From the NCBI GenBank assembly GCA_965262915.1, contig OZ253564.1:1504001-1568000 (forward strand): DNA of 64,000 nt. The letters are read 5' to 3'. The DNA comes from Candidatus Spongiisociaceae bacterium (GTDB lineage: Bacteria; Actinomycetota; Acidimicrobiia; Spongiisociales; Spongiisociaceae). The notes beneath the pieces are model-generated. The model did no database searches and was not told the DNA's origin. It worked only from the letters and a program-made list of their open reading frames with translations. Position numbers and translations under genes: made by a program. Within the stretch, counting starts at the first letter, position 1. Each line of letters opens with the position of its first letter. Of this stretch, positions 38,676 to 47,685 are shown piece after piece.

Positions 38676-41063
38676 TTACGTTTCTGCGAGGAGCAGGAGG
38701 GCCCGGAAGAGGAAAGTGGCCATCTGGGCTCGGGTGACCATTTGGTCGGGGCAGAACCGGTCGTTGTCGGGCGGGTTGCAACCCTGCGTAATACCGGCGG
38801 CAGCGAGACGCTCGATGTTGGCTCGGTGGGGGTTGTCGGCCACATCGGTGAAGTTCTCCGATCCCGGCGCCAGGTCCAGGGCCCGGGCGAGGAAGGTGGC
38901 CATCTGGGCTCGGGTGACCATTTGGTCGGGGCAGAACCGGTCGTTGTCGGGGGGGTTGCAACCCTGGGTTATCGTTGCCTTGGCCAGCCGGTTGATGTTC
39001 TCCTCGTGTGTGGTTCCATCGTCGTCACTGAACTGGTCAAGCGTCGCTTCCGGAAGGTCCAGGGCCCGGGCGAGGAAGGTGGCCATCTGGGCTCGGGTGA
39101 CCATTTGGTCGGGGCAGAACCGGTCGTTGTCGGGGGGGTTGCAACCACGGGTAATGCCGGCGTCGGCAATCCGCCCGATACTCTCCCAATGGACCGTTCT
39201 GCCGGTGTCGGTGAACGAGGTCCTCGGGCCGGCGAAAACGGACACTACGGTAACAACCCGTTGCCGACGGTCGGCGGCTACAGCGCCATGGGTCAGAACC
39301 GCGTCCAGACCCGCAGGCATCCGGATGGTCCCCGCTCCGGGTAGGAACGAGTCGGCCGGGATGCTGATGCCGTCCGGGTCGGCGTCCCCGTCCACCACGG
39401 TGTACTCGAACACCAACTCGGTCGTGTCGGTCCCTGATCTGTACGAGGCCAACCGGAAGTTCTGGCCGACCTGGATCCTCACCGCCGGACCACCTCCACC
39501 CTGGGAGACGACAACGGGGGAAGAGAAGGCGGCGGTGATGTTCACCGTCTCCCCGATCGCGTACGATCCCCCGCCCGAAGGCCGGGAAGTGATGGCCAGG
39601 CCGGTTATGTGTGGCCTGGCCGTGGAGATGGCCCGCCGTGCCACCTCGGCCGGGAGGAGGCACGGTGGCAGATCCAGCACGGAGTCCGGCTCTATTCCTC
39701 CGGCGACGCTTCCGCCATCCGGGGTGAACCACCTGATAGTCGTGAGGTGGAGCACCCCGACGAGGGTCCCGTCCGGCTCCAGGCGGTACGACGACTGGCC
39801 TGTGCCCTTGCCGTAGGTGGTCCGGCCGACCACCGAAGCCCGGTCGTGGTCCTGGAGCGCGCCGATCACGATCTCGGACGCCGAGGCGCTCCCGCCGTCC
39901 ACCACCACCACCATCGGTAGGAGGACAGGATCGGGGGCGACCTCCTTCCCGCGGGGCCTGGTCGTCTCGAGCTCTTCCCTGCCTACGCTGTGTACGACAG
40001 TTGTGAGGTCGGGCAGGAACAGACCGGCGGTCTGGACAGCCGAGTGCAGATAACCGCCCGGGTTGTCCCTGAGGTCCAGGACCAGCCCGCTGATCTCCTC
40101 GCGTATCAACCGGTCCAGCACCTCGGCCACATCGTCGTCGGCGGAGCCACTGAAGATGTCGAGTCGCAGGTAGCCGATGTCGCCGTCAGCCACCCTTCCC
40201 CTGGCCACCGGTATCGTGAGATCGGTCGCCCGGATCGTCGCAGTGACCGACTCGTCGCCCCGCCGCACGGTCACCGCCACCTCCTCGCCCCCGGCAAAGC
40301 GGTCGAGCCGGGGGACGCTCGCGCAGCCCAGGTCGGCCGGAAATACATCGCCCATCTCCACGAGCACGTCACCGAGCGCCAGCCCGGCCGCCTCGGCAGG
40401 GCTCCCCGGGTAGACGTCGGTGATAACCGGCCGGCAGGTGGCCGAGACCATCGTGCAGGCTTCGCCGTCCTCCGCCAGGGCGAACCCGACACCCAGGCCG
40501 GTGGTTCCCATGTTCTCGAGGGTCGCTCGGAAGCGTTGGTAACGGTCCGGTGTGAGGTAGTTGGAGTTCGGGTCCAGCGAGGTGGCCATTCCCCGGATGG
40601 CTGCCTCGACCGCGGCGGCCGTATCCTCGACAGCATCGATCGCCGCGCACATCTGTTCGAACTCGGGAGCGGGCAACGGGCATGCCGGTGGATCCCCGTC
40701 GCGGCGCTCGGCGAGGTCCGCGTTCCGAACCCCTTCGGCGGCGGCGGTGGCGAGGCTCTCGTCGTCGACCGGGTCCACGTAGTCCCTGGTGATGATCTCA
40801 TAGGCTGTGCACAGCAACTCGAAGACCTCCGGCGCTCGGTCGCACGTCATCCGGCCGGATGCCTGAGCGATGGGCGGGCCGGCGGCGTCCCGGGTGAGGG
40901 TCGGTTCGAGGTTCGCCGGGGCAGCGGCCAGAGCCGAGCCGGGGAGGGGGACGATGGCAGAGGCCAGGATCGCGATGGCCCCGAGGACCGCGCCCCGGAC
41001 CCGGCGGCGGCGCGTCATCCACCGGTTGCCGCCGCGCCCGCGCCCGATGGTCGTGAACTTCAT
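38676..41063 (-). CDS. Exported S41 (C-terminal processing) protease with PDZ, Ig-like and three SLH-like repeats
   Basis: Signal peptide; GSPAEAAGL; DLRDNPGG; SASASEI; TYGKG; three copies of GCNPPDNDRFCPDQMVTRAQMATFL. Confidence 0.88.
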   Translation of the reverse strand: MKFTTIGRGRGGNRWMTRRRRVRGAVLGAIAILASAIVPLPGSALAAAPANLEPTLTRDAAGPPIAQASGRMTCDRAPEVFELLCTAYEIITRDYVDPVDDESLATAAAEGVRNADLAERRDGDPPACPLPAPEFEQMCAAIDAVEDTAAAVEAAIRGMATSLDPNSNYLTPDRYQRFRATLENMGTTGLGVGFALAEDGEACTMVSATCRPVITDVYPGSPAEAAGLALGDVLVEMGDVFPADLGCASVPRLDRFAGGEEVAVTVRRGDESVTATIRATDLTIPVARGRVADGDIGYLRLDIFSGSADDDVAEVLDRLIREEISGLVLDLRDNPGGYLHSAVQTAGLFLPDLTTVVHSVGREELETTRPRGKEVAPDPVLLPMVVVVDGGSASASEIVIGALQDHDRASVVGRTTYGKGTGQSSYRLEPDGTLVGVLHLTTIRWFTPDGGSVAGGIEPDSVLDLPPCLLPAEVARRAISTARPHITGLAITSRPSGGGSYAIGETVNITAAFSSPVVVSQGGGGPAVRIQVGQNFRLASYRSGTDTTELVFEYTVVDGDADPDGISIPADSFLPGAGTIRMPAGLDAVLTHGAVAADRRQRVVTVVSVFAGPRTSFTDTGRTVHWESIGRIADAGITRGCNPPDNDRFCPDQMVTRAQMATFLARALDLPEATLDQFSDDDGTTHEENINRLAKATITQGCNPPDNDRFCPDQMVTRAQMATFLARALDLAPGSENFTDVADNPHRANIERLAAAGITQGCNPPDNDRFCPDQMVTRAQMATFLFRALLLLAET
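38716..39150 (-). repeat. Three near-identical DNA copies of an SLH-like module
   Basis: GTGGCCATCTGGGCTCGGGTGACCATTTGGTCGGGGCAGAACCGGTCGTTGTCGGG recurs near 38716, 38896 and 39079. Confidence 0.9.
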
Positions 41064-41212
41064 CCCGGCGTGTTCCGGCTGACCAGCACGGGCTGACGAT
41101 AGCCTCCGCACGATCCCTTACGGTGCGCTCCCGGCGGCGAGCGCTCCTTCCGCTCCGGCCAGCTGCCGGGGTGGCGCCCGGCAAGTCACAGGCGGCTGGT
41201 ACTTTGTGATGG

Positions 41213-42127
41213 ATGCAGAGTTGCCCGGCGCGATCGGTGCGGACGAGAGTGCTTCCCCTCACCCGCCCTCTGGATCTGCGCGCCACGCTGGCCGTGAAAG
41301 GTCTGAAGGGACCGTCGCTCCGCATCCGGTCGGACGGACTGTGGAGAGCGACCCGGACCCCGGACGGGCCCGCCACGGTAAGGATGCGGTTGCAGGACAG
41401 GGAGCTGGTCGTCGATGCCTGGGGGGAGGGGGCCGGCCGAGTACTCGACCGGGTTCCCGAATGGGTGGGGGAGTCCGATGACCCGACCGCGCTGGTTCCG
41501 TGCCATCCCGCGGTCGAGCGGGCCGCACGCATGGGCCGGGGGATGCGGATGGCCGCGGTGGGCGGGCTGGTCGAGGTGCTGATCCCGACCATCCTGGCCC
41601 AGAAGGTGACGGGAATCGAAGCGGCCCGCAGCTACCGGGAGATGGCTGCCCGATTCGGCGAGCCGGCTCCCGGTCCGGGAGGGTTGCGCCTGCCTCCCGA
41701 CCCGGCCCACCTGGCCGATCTCCGCTACTACGCCTTCCATCCTCTCGGGGTGGAGCAGCGACGGGCGGAGACCATCATCGGGGTCTGCAGGCTTGCCGAA
41801 CGGATCGAGGCGACCGCGGACCATGGGTTGGCGAGCGCCTACCGGTTCCTCCACCATCTGCCGGGTATCGGCCCCTGGACCAGCGCCTCGGCTCTGCTGG
41901 TGGCCAGGGGCGATACGGACGCTGTCCCGGTGGGTGACTTCCACCTCCCCAACATCGTGTCGTGGGCGCTGGCCGGCGAAGCTCGGGGAACCGATGAGCG
42001 GATGCTGGAGTTGCTCGCTCCTTATGCCGGTCAGCGTGGACGGGTGGTCCGGCTTCTGGAGCGGTACGCGGGGCGAGCGCCCGCATACGGACCCCGGTTC
42101 GCCCCCAGGGACTTCCGGCGCTATTGA
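41213..42127 (+). CDS. HhH-GPD / AlkA-family DNA glycosylase-like protein
   Basis: WRATRTPDGP, ILAQKVTG, HhH LPGIGPWT and GDFHLP. The start may be GTG 41237. Confidence 0.85.
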   Translation: MQSCPARSVRTRVLPLTRPLDLRATLAVKGLKGPSLRIRSDGLWRATRTPDGPATVRMRLQDRELVVDAWGEGAGRVLDRVPEWVGESDDPTALVPCHPAVERAARMGRGMRMAAVGGLVEVLIPTILAQKVTGIEAARSYREMAARFGEPAPGPGGLRLPPDPAHLADLRYYAFHPLGVEQRRAETIIGVCRLAERIEATADHGLASAYRFLHHLPGIGPWTSASALLVARGDTDAVPVGDFHLPNIVSWALAGEARGTDERMLELLAPYAGQRGRVVRLLERYAGRAPAYGPRFAPRDFRRY

Positions 42128-42993
42128 GCCGAACCGTCCGCCCACCTCTCCAATAGCAGGTGGATGGCCCAGTTGCCGCCGTCTCCCCATGACTCGGTAG
42201 CGGCTCTCACCTCGGACTCCGGTAACAGCTCGTCGACGTCCGCCACGTACCGTGAGACGGCTTTGCGGACTCCCAGATCACCTGCCGCTATGGCGTCGGG
42301 TCGGGCCAGGCAACGCGCCAGGAACCACTCGGCGGTCCAGGTGCCCAGGCCTCTCATCGCCACGATCCGTCGGATCACCTGCTCGTTCGTGTCGTCTTCC
42401 AGCCCGTCCAGTTCTCCCGCCATGAGGGACCCTGCCAGGCCGACGATGTAGTCGGACTTGCGGGTGGTCAGCTGCATACCCCGGATCTCGGCCGGGTCGG
42501 CGGCGGCCAGTGTTGCGGCATCGGGGAACCGCCACACCCGGACCGCTTCCAGTTCCACGGGTCTCCCGTACCTCTCCACCAGGCGGTTGAGGGTCACGGC
42601 GGCCCAACGCATGTTGACCTGCTGGGAGCAGATGGCGGTTACCAGCGACTCGGTGACCGCCGGGTTCATCGACGGGCGGTACCCGGGCGAGCGCCGGAGC
42701 TGGTCGGCGACCGGGGGGACCCGGCCGGCCAGTTCCCACAGGGGTCCGACCGGCAGCGTCTCGCCCAAGCGGTACTGCGACTCGGCCACCGCCACGCCGA
42801 GGTCGCGCCGCGCCCCGACCTCGATGTCGCCACCGGCCAGCCGGCGGATGCGGTACGGGACGCCGGTGGTGGTCGTCCGGTACAGATAGCCACGGGAGAC
42901 TACGTTCAGCAGGTTCGGCCCCTGGCGGGCGTAGCGGGCGATCGAGGGGGAGAGGTCGAGCGGGGAGCGAGGAGTCCAGCAGGCTACCTTCAC
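42121..42993 (-). CDS. AlkA-family DNA-3-methyladenine glycosylase
   Basis: AICSQQV, RFPDA, HhH MRGLGTWTAE and AGDLGVRKA. Confidence 0.88.
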   Translation of the reverse strand: MKVACWTPRSPLDLSPSIARYARQGPNLLNVVSRGYLYRTTTTGVPYRIRRLAGGDIEVGARRDLGVAVAESQYRLGETLPVGPLWELAGRVPPVADQLRRSPGYRPSMNPAVTESLVTAICSQQVNMRWAAVTLNRLVERYGRPVELEAVRVWRFPDAATLAAADPAEIRGMQLTTRKSDYIVGLAGSLMAGELDGLEDDTNEQVIRRIVAMRGLGTWTAEWFLARCLARPDAIAAGDLGVRKAVSRYVADVDELLPESEVRAATESWGDGGNWAIHLLLERWADGSAQ

Positions 42994-43742
42994 GCCCCGA
43001 CCAGACGGGAGGCGGCAGCCTCATCCACCAGCCAGGTGATCGGGGCCTCCCCTTCCATGAGGCGGCGGGCCGGGAGCGGTGTGTCGCCCGTCGGTTGCAG
43101 TACCTCGGCCAGGGCGGGCGCCTTGGACTGTCCCGACACCAGCACGTAGATCTGTCTCGCCCGGTGAACCAGCGAGTACGTGGCCGTGACCCTCCAGGCT
43201 TGTTTGGCCTCCACCCGGTCGGCAACGTACCAGCTGTCGGTCTTGTCGAGCGTGGGCGATCCGGGGAACAGGGAGAGCGTGTGCCCGTCCCCTCCCATCC
43301 CCACCACCACGAGATCGGGTCGGGGTCCGCCGGCATCGTGGGCCATCGCTTCGAACAGATCCTTCTCGTAGACTGCCGCGGCCCGGGCCGCGGACCGGCC
43401 CTCCTTCCACGGCACCCGCAGGAATCGGGCATCCGTTCCGTCCAGCAGGAGCCGGCCGATCATGGACCCGTTGCTGTCCTCGTGGTCGGGCGGTACGTAG
43501 CGTTCGTCACCCACCCACGCGCAGACCCGCCCCCAGGGCAGGTCCATGGTGGCGAGCCGCCGGTAGGTGGCGGCCGGCGTCGAGCCGCCTGCCATCGCCA
43601 CTGTGACGGTGCGCGATCCCCGGGTCTTGGTAGCGTGCTCCCGTATGAACGCGGCGATCAGATCGGCTGCACCCAGAGCCAACCGGGTGGGGTCGGCGAA
43701 TACCACCACATCGGCGGGACCGGATATGCGGGGTCTGTCCAT
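42990..43742 (-). CDS. pgl: 6-phosphogluconolactonase
   Basis: AGGSTP, GDERYVP..H.DSN and GMGGDGHTLSLFP. Confidence 0.92.
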   Translation of the reverse strand: MDRPRISGPADVVVFADPTRLALGAADLIAAFIREHATKTRGSRTVTVAMAGGSTPAATYRRLATMDLPWGRVCAWVGDERYVPPDHEDSNGSMIGRLLLDGTDARFLRVPWKEGRSAARAAAVYEKDLFEAMAHDAGGPRPDLVVVGMGGDGHTLSLFPGSPTLDKTDSWYVADRVEAKQAWRVTATYSLVHRARQIYVLVSGQSKAPALAEVLQPTGDTPLPARRLMEGEAPITWLVDEAAASRLVGA

Positions 43743-43790
43743 GGGCCGGCACATTACCGGCGCGGTGTACCGACCCGCCAAACCCGTGTG

Positions 43791-44447
43791 ATGGCGCGGC
43801 CGGTTGCGATCCGCTGGGACGACCGGGTGGTGACCGGGCGGTGGACGCGCCCCCGACAGCCTTCGGGTACCGCGGTGCTGCTGGCCCACGGAGCCGGGGC
43901 CGGTCAGGACCATCCGGGGATCACCGCCATCCGCGACGGACTCGTGGGGAGGGGTCACCCGGTCCTCACCTTCGACTACCCCTACATGGACGCCGGCAGG
44001 AGGTTCCCTCCCGACCGCCGCGACGTCCTGCTGGCGTGCCACCGGGCTGCGGCGGCGTGGCTGCGGCAACGATCCCCCCGGTTCGTCATGGCGGGACGCT
44101 CCATGGGAGGGCGCATGGCCTCCTATCTGGCCGCGGCGGGAGAGCCCTGCGCCGGGCTGGTCCTCTACGCGTACCCGCTCCACCCGTCCGGTAGGCCGGA
44201 CCGCCTCCGAGCCGACCACCTTCCGGAAGTGGGGGTGCCCATGCTCTTCTTCACTGGAAGCCGGGATTCGATGGCCCTGCCGCATCTGGTGGATCGCTGG
44301 ATCGTCCCCCTGGAGGGGGCCACGATCGAGATCATTCCCGATGCCGACCACGGGTTCCGGGTACCGAAGCGCAGCGGCCGTACCCGCGAGCAGGTGATCG
44401 ATCGGGCGGTGGCTCGGACCTCGGAGTGGATCGCCGCCCTGGAGTAG
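43791..44447 (+). CDS. Alpha/beta-fold hydrolase
   Basis: LAHGAGAG, GRSMGGRMA, YPLHP.G and DADHGF. Confidence 0.88.
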   Translation: MARPVAIRWDDRVVTGRWTRPRQPSGTAVLLAHGAGAGQDHPGITAIRDGLVGRGHPVLTFDYPYMDAGRRFPPDRRDVLLACHRAAAAWLRQRSPRFVMAGRSMGGRMASYLAAAGEPCAGLVLYAYPLHPSGRPDRLRADHLPEVGVPMLFFTGSRDSMALPHLVDRWIVPLEGATIEIIPDADHGFRVPKRSGRTREQVIDRAVARTSEWIAALE

Positions 44448-44537
44448 GCGGTGCCCGTCGCGGGAGCGGCAGAGCATGTTGGGGCGGCTGAATCCGGCGT
44501 GCTCCCGCCTCCCCGACCACTCACTCCGACAAGGGGG

Positions 44538-44566
44538 TTGTCCCTGTCACATGCGTGCGGCATATT
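44538..44566 (+). promoter_or_regulatory. Sigma70-like promoter pointing into an intergenic region
   Basis: TTGTCC, 17 nt, CATATT. Confidence 0.5.
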
Positions 44567-44572
44567 GATAGG

Positions 44573-44905
44573 TACCAAACACCCGGGACCGCTACCGACC
44601 GAAGGGACCAATGCGCTACGCAAGATCCCTTGAATCGGGGTTCAATCCGGGGTTGTGTTCGTGGCAGCCCGAACCGTAACCGAATCACACCGACATGACT
44701 TCAACCTGGATCCACCGACGGGGGTGAAACGCCGGGGAGGTGGATACATATGGAAAGGCCTCGTTTTTCAGCATTCTCCTAGCCAACCGCCTCGTAGGCA
44801 TCCTTCCACGGCTGCCTCAAACACCGAACCCCCTACAACGAACACACAGCCTGGGCACACCGAACTACTGCCAGCCAAGCCGCAGCTTGACATTTACGCT
44901 CCTGG
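44573..44905 (+). ncRNA. Candidate large structured RNA of unknown family
   Basis: Long-range stem 44649-44669/44810-44832, several local hairpins, seven ACCGA motifs, and an upstream promoter. No convincing long CDS. Confidence 0.5.
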
Positions 44906-44909
44906 GGTG

Positions 44910-44963
44910 TCTGACACCTGAGACCTGAGACCTGAGACCTGAGACCTGAGACCTGACACCTAG
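44910..44963. repeat. Heptamer tandem repeat (CCTGAGA)n
   Basis: TCTGACA (CCTGAGA)x5 CCTGACA CCTAG, directly after the rpiB stop. Confidence 0.92.
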
Positions 44964-45403
44964 CGGGTCTCCTCCAGCCGTGCGATCTTGGCGATGCGCC
45001 GAAGGTGGCGCGCTTCGCCGGAGAAGGCGGCCTCCAGGAAGGTCCGTACCAGCTCGATGGCGACGTTCTCCCCGATCACGCGGGCCCCGAGGCACAGGAT
45101 GTTGGCGTCGTCGTGTTCGACGGCCTGGTGGGCGGTGTAGTTGTCGTGCGCCAGAGCGGCGCGGATGCCGGTCAGCTTGTTGGCTGTGATGGCCGCGCCC
45201 GCCCCCGAACCACACACCACGATGCCTCGCTCGGCCTCGCCGGAGCGTACCGATTCGCCGACCGCCACCGCGAAGTCGGGATAGTCCACCGAGTCGGTGG
45301 AGTGGGTACCGAGGTCGATGACATCGTGCTCAGCCCCCAGAGCCCGGGCCAGGGTTTCTTTGAGCGGGTAACCGGCGTGGTCGGCGCCGATGGCGACTCT
45401 CAC
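44960..45403 (-). CDS. rpiB: Ribose-5-phosphate isomerase B
   Basis: GADHAG, DYPDFA, CGSGAG..ITANK and HDDANILCLGAR. Confidence 0.95.
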   Translation of the reverse strand: MRVAIGADHAGYPLKETLARALGAEHDVIDLGTHSTDSVDYPDFAVAVGESVRSGEAERGIVVCGSGAGAAITANKLTGIRAALAHDNYTAHQAVEHDDANILCLGARVIGENVAIELVRTFLEAAFSGEARHLRRIAKIARLEETR

Positions 45404-45524
45404 TTCGTTCCTCCTTGCAGGAGCGAGAATAGCGCCATCGCGATGCCGACACCCGACCATCGGGATCGACCGAGGCGACGAGGGGCCGATCCGCCCGGGG
45501 CGCCGCCTCTAGAATCGCAGCGCA

Positions 45525-46313
45525 ATGGCGCAACTCCATCTCCGCCCGTTGGGCTTCGGCGGAATGTTCGAAGCATCCGTAACGATCTACCGGAAACGGT
45601 TGTGGACGTTGGTCACGACGGCCACGGTCCTGGTGCTTCCCTACGCGGTGCTGCACGCCTTCCTGGCCGAGCCGGTGCCGGTGCTGCCGTCGGAGCCCAC
45701 CCCCGAGGAACTGCGGGACATTCTCACCGCATTGGGACCCTGGATGCTGATCCGGCTGTTCATCGCGACCGTCATGTTCGCGGCCGTCATCAGGACGGTG
45801 GTCGAGACCTATGTAGGGATCGAGTCATCGTGGCAGCGCTCGACGGTGGCGGCGATCAACCGGCTGCCGGCCCTGGCAGTCGTCACGGTCCTGTTCTGGT
45901 CGGGGACCATTCTCGGGTGGATGTTCCTCCTGATTCCCGGCATCTTCCTGCTCGTTTCCTGGAGCGCCTGCCTTCCGGTCCTGATAATCGAGGGTGCCGA
46001 TCCCGTTTCCGCGATGCTTCGTTCGTGGCGGATGACGTCCGGGAGGCGCTGGTCCCTATTCGGCGCCCTGGTCGTGGCGTCGCTGCTGGTCTTCCTCGCA
46101 GGTACCCTCGCCTACATCGTGGCGGGCGCGGTGCTGGTCAGGTTGCAGGGGGACTTCGGGTTGCTGCTGGCGTCCGAGATTGCATGGGTGCTGGTCCAGC
46201 CCTTCATCGGCGTGGTGCTTGGCGTGCTGTATCTCGATCTTCGGGTACGCAAGGAGGATCTGGACTCCGACTGGCTGTCCCTACAGCTCGCGGCCACCTC
46301 CTTCGATCAGTAG
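45525..46313 (+). CDS. Integral membrane protein
   Basis: LRPLGFGGMFE, multiple TM segments and LYLDLRVRKEDLD. Confidence 0.82.
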   Translation: MAQLHLRPLGFGGMFEASVTIYRKRLWTLVTTATVLVLPYAVLHAFLAEPVPVLPSEPTPEELRDILTALGPWMLIRLFIATVMFAAVIRTVVETYVGIESSWQRSTVAAINRLPALAVVTVLFWSGTILGWMFLLIPGIFLLVSWSACLPVLIIEGADPVSAMLRSWRMTSGRRWSLFGALVVASLLVFLAGTLAYIVAGAVLVRLQGDFGLLLASEIAWVLVQPFIGVVLGVLYLDLRVRKEDLDSDWLSLQLAATSFDQ

Positions 46314-46504
46314 GCGACGCCGCGCCTCGGAGGGTGCTGAGGCCCCCCGCCGGCCCGACGGTCGATGACGAAAGGCCACGTCAGCGAACGACCGGCCAAC
46401 CATCTTCACTGTCGCTCAGGATCCTCCTAGAATGGGAGTGGCCGGAGCCGGTCGAGCACTCTCGTAAGAGGTGCTGTATTGATCCTTGCGGGAGCGATCC
46501 GCCC

Positions 46505-46792
46505 ATGAGCAGCACGGAAACCGTGGTAACCCTCAAGCCCCCGGGCCGTAGTGACGAGCCCGGTCGGGTCGACCTCGACCTGCTCGACGACACCCTGGAG
46601 TACATCCGCCCCGCCCTCCAGTACGACGGCGGCGACTTGATCCTGCTCGGGGTGGAGGAGGACGGGACCGTGAACCTCCACCTGGTGGGGGCGTGCAGCG
46701 GGTGTCCCATGTCGATGATGACGCTCACATCCGGAATCGAGCGCATCCTCATCGACCGCGTCCCCGGCGTCACCTCCGTCAACGCCACTTGA
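46505..46792 (+). CDS. NifU/NfuA-like Fe-S carrier
   Basis: IRPALQYDGGD...GACSGCPMS..TL..GIE. Confidence 0.92.
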   Translation: MSSTETVVTLKPPGRSDEPGRVDLDLLDDTLEYIRPALQYDGGDLILLGVEEDGTVNLHLVGACSGCPMSMMTLTSGIERILIDRVPGVTSVNAT

Positions 46793-46834
46793 GTTGGCTG
46801 CACACGGTCCCGGCGCGCCGTAGTGGGTCGCCCG

Positions 46835-47656
46835 ATGGTGGATAGGCGCTCGACCCACCGTCTCGATCCGGCCGAGTGCGTCCAGGCTGCCAGGGCCGGT
46901 GACCGGCGCGTCCTGGCCCGGGCGATCAGCGCAGTGGAGGACGACGCACCCGGAGCGCGGGTCCTGCTGAGAGCGTTCTCCTCACTCGCCGCAGGAGTCC
47001 CGCGGATCGGTGTCACGGGGGCGCCCGGTGTCGGCAAGAGCACCCTGGCGTCGGGGTTGATCTCGACGATCCGGGAGAAGGGCCACACGGTGGCGGTGAT
47101 CGCAGTGGATCCGTCGAGTCCGCTGACCGGCGGAGCGATCCTGGGTGACCGGATCCGGATGCAGGAACATGTGGGCGATCCCGGCGTGTACGTCCGATCG
47201 ATGGCCGGCCGTGGTCACCTCGGTGGGCTCTCGGCGGCGGTTCCCCAGGTCGCCGAGGTGCTGGATGGGGCCGGTTTCGGGACCATACTCATCGAGACGG
47301 TCGGGGTGGGGCAGTCGGAGGTGGAGGTCATGCACCATGTCGACTCGACAGTGGTGGTGGTGACCCCCGGTTGGGGGGACAGCATCTCGGTCGGCAAGGC
47401 GGGCCTGATGGAGATCGGCGACATCTTCGTGGTCAACAAGGCGGACTACGCGGGCTCGGCCCGCACCCGTCGCGATCTGGAGACCATGCTGGCGATGGGT
47501 CCTCAGCATTCGTGGCGACCTCCGGTGGTCGAGACGGTGGCCACCGAAGGGACGGGTCTGGCCGGGTTGTGGGAGTCCCTCGAAGCCCACGCCGCCCACC
47601 TGGCCCCGGCCGGTTCGCAGAGGCCCGCGGATCGGTTGCCCCGAAACCGCATCTAA
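46835..47656 (+). CDS. meaB: MeaB/ArgK-family GTPase
   Basis: GAPGVGKST, VDPSSP.TGGAILGDRIRM, ETVGVGQSE and NKAD. Confidence 0.92.
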   Translation: MVDRRSTHRLDPAECVQAARAGDRRVLARAISAVEDDAPGARVLLRAFSSLAAGVPRIGVTGAPGVGKSTLASGLISTIREKGHTVAVIAVDPSSPLTGGAILGDRIRMQEHVGDPGVYVRSMAGRGHLGGLSAAVPQVAEVLDGAGFGTILIETVGVGQSEVEVMHHVDSTVVVVTPGWGDSISVGKAGLMEIGDIFVVNKADYAGSARTRRDLETMLAMGPQHSWRPPVVETVATEGTGLAGLWESLEAHAAHLAPAGSQRPADRLPRNRI

Positions 47657-47685
47657 CCTGTCCGCGCGCATACGGAGGAGTAGTC

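Noticed and set aside
38716-39150. CRISPR- or DGR-like repeat array
   Set aside because: The repeats are in-frame protein modules about 180 bp apart. No cas or reverse transcriptase gene is present and no adenine-specific variation is evident.
44481-44515. c-di-AMP riboswitch suggested by GCTGAATCC
   Set aside because: The downstream conserved elements are absent; it looks like a simple GC-rich hairpin after a stop codon.
44630-44735. tmRNA- or tRNA-like words (GGGGTTCAATCC, GGGGGTGAAAC), raising the possibility of a permuted tmRNA
   Set aside because: No proper T-stem or CCA acceptor end, and no tag ORF ending in an ALAA-like sequence on either strand.
46835-47656. meaB without an adjacent B12-dependent mutase
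   Set aside because: Unlinked meaB is common in Actinobacteria, and the mutase may lie outside the window.
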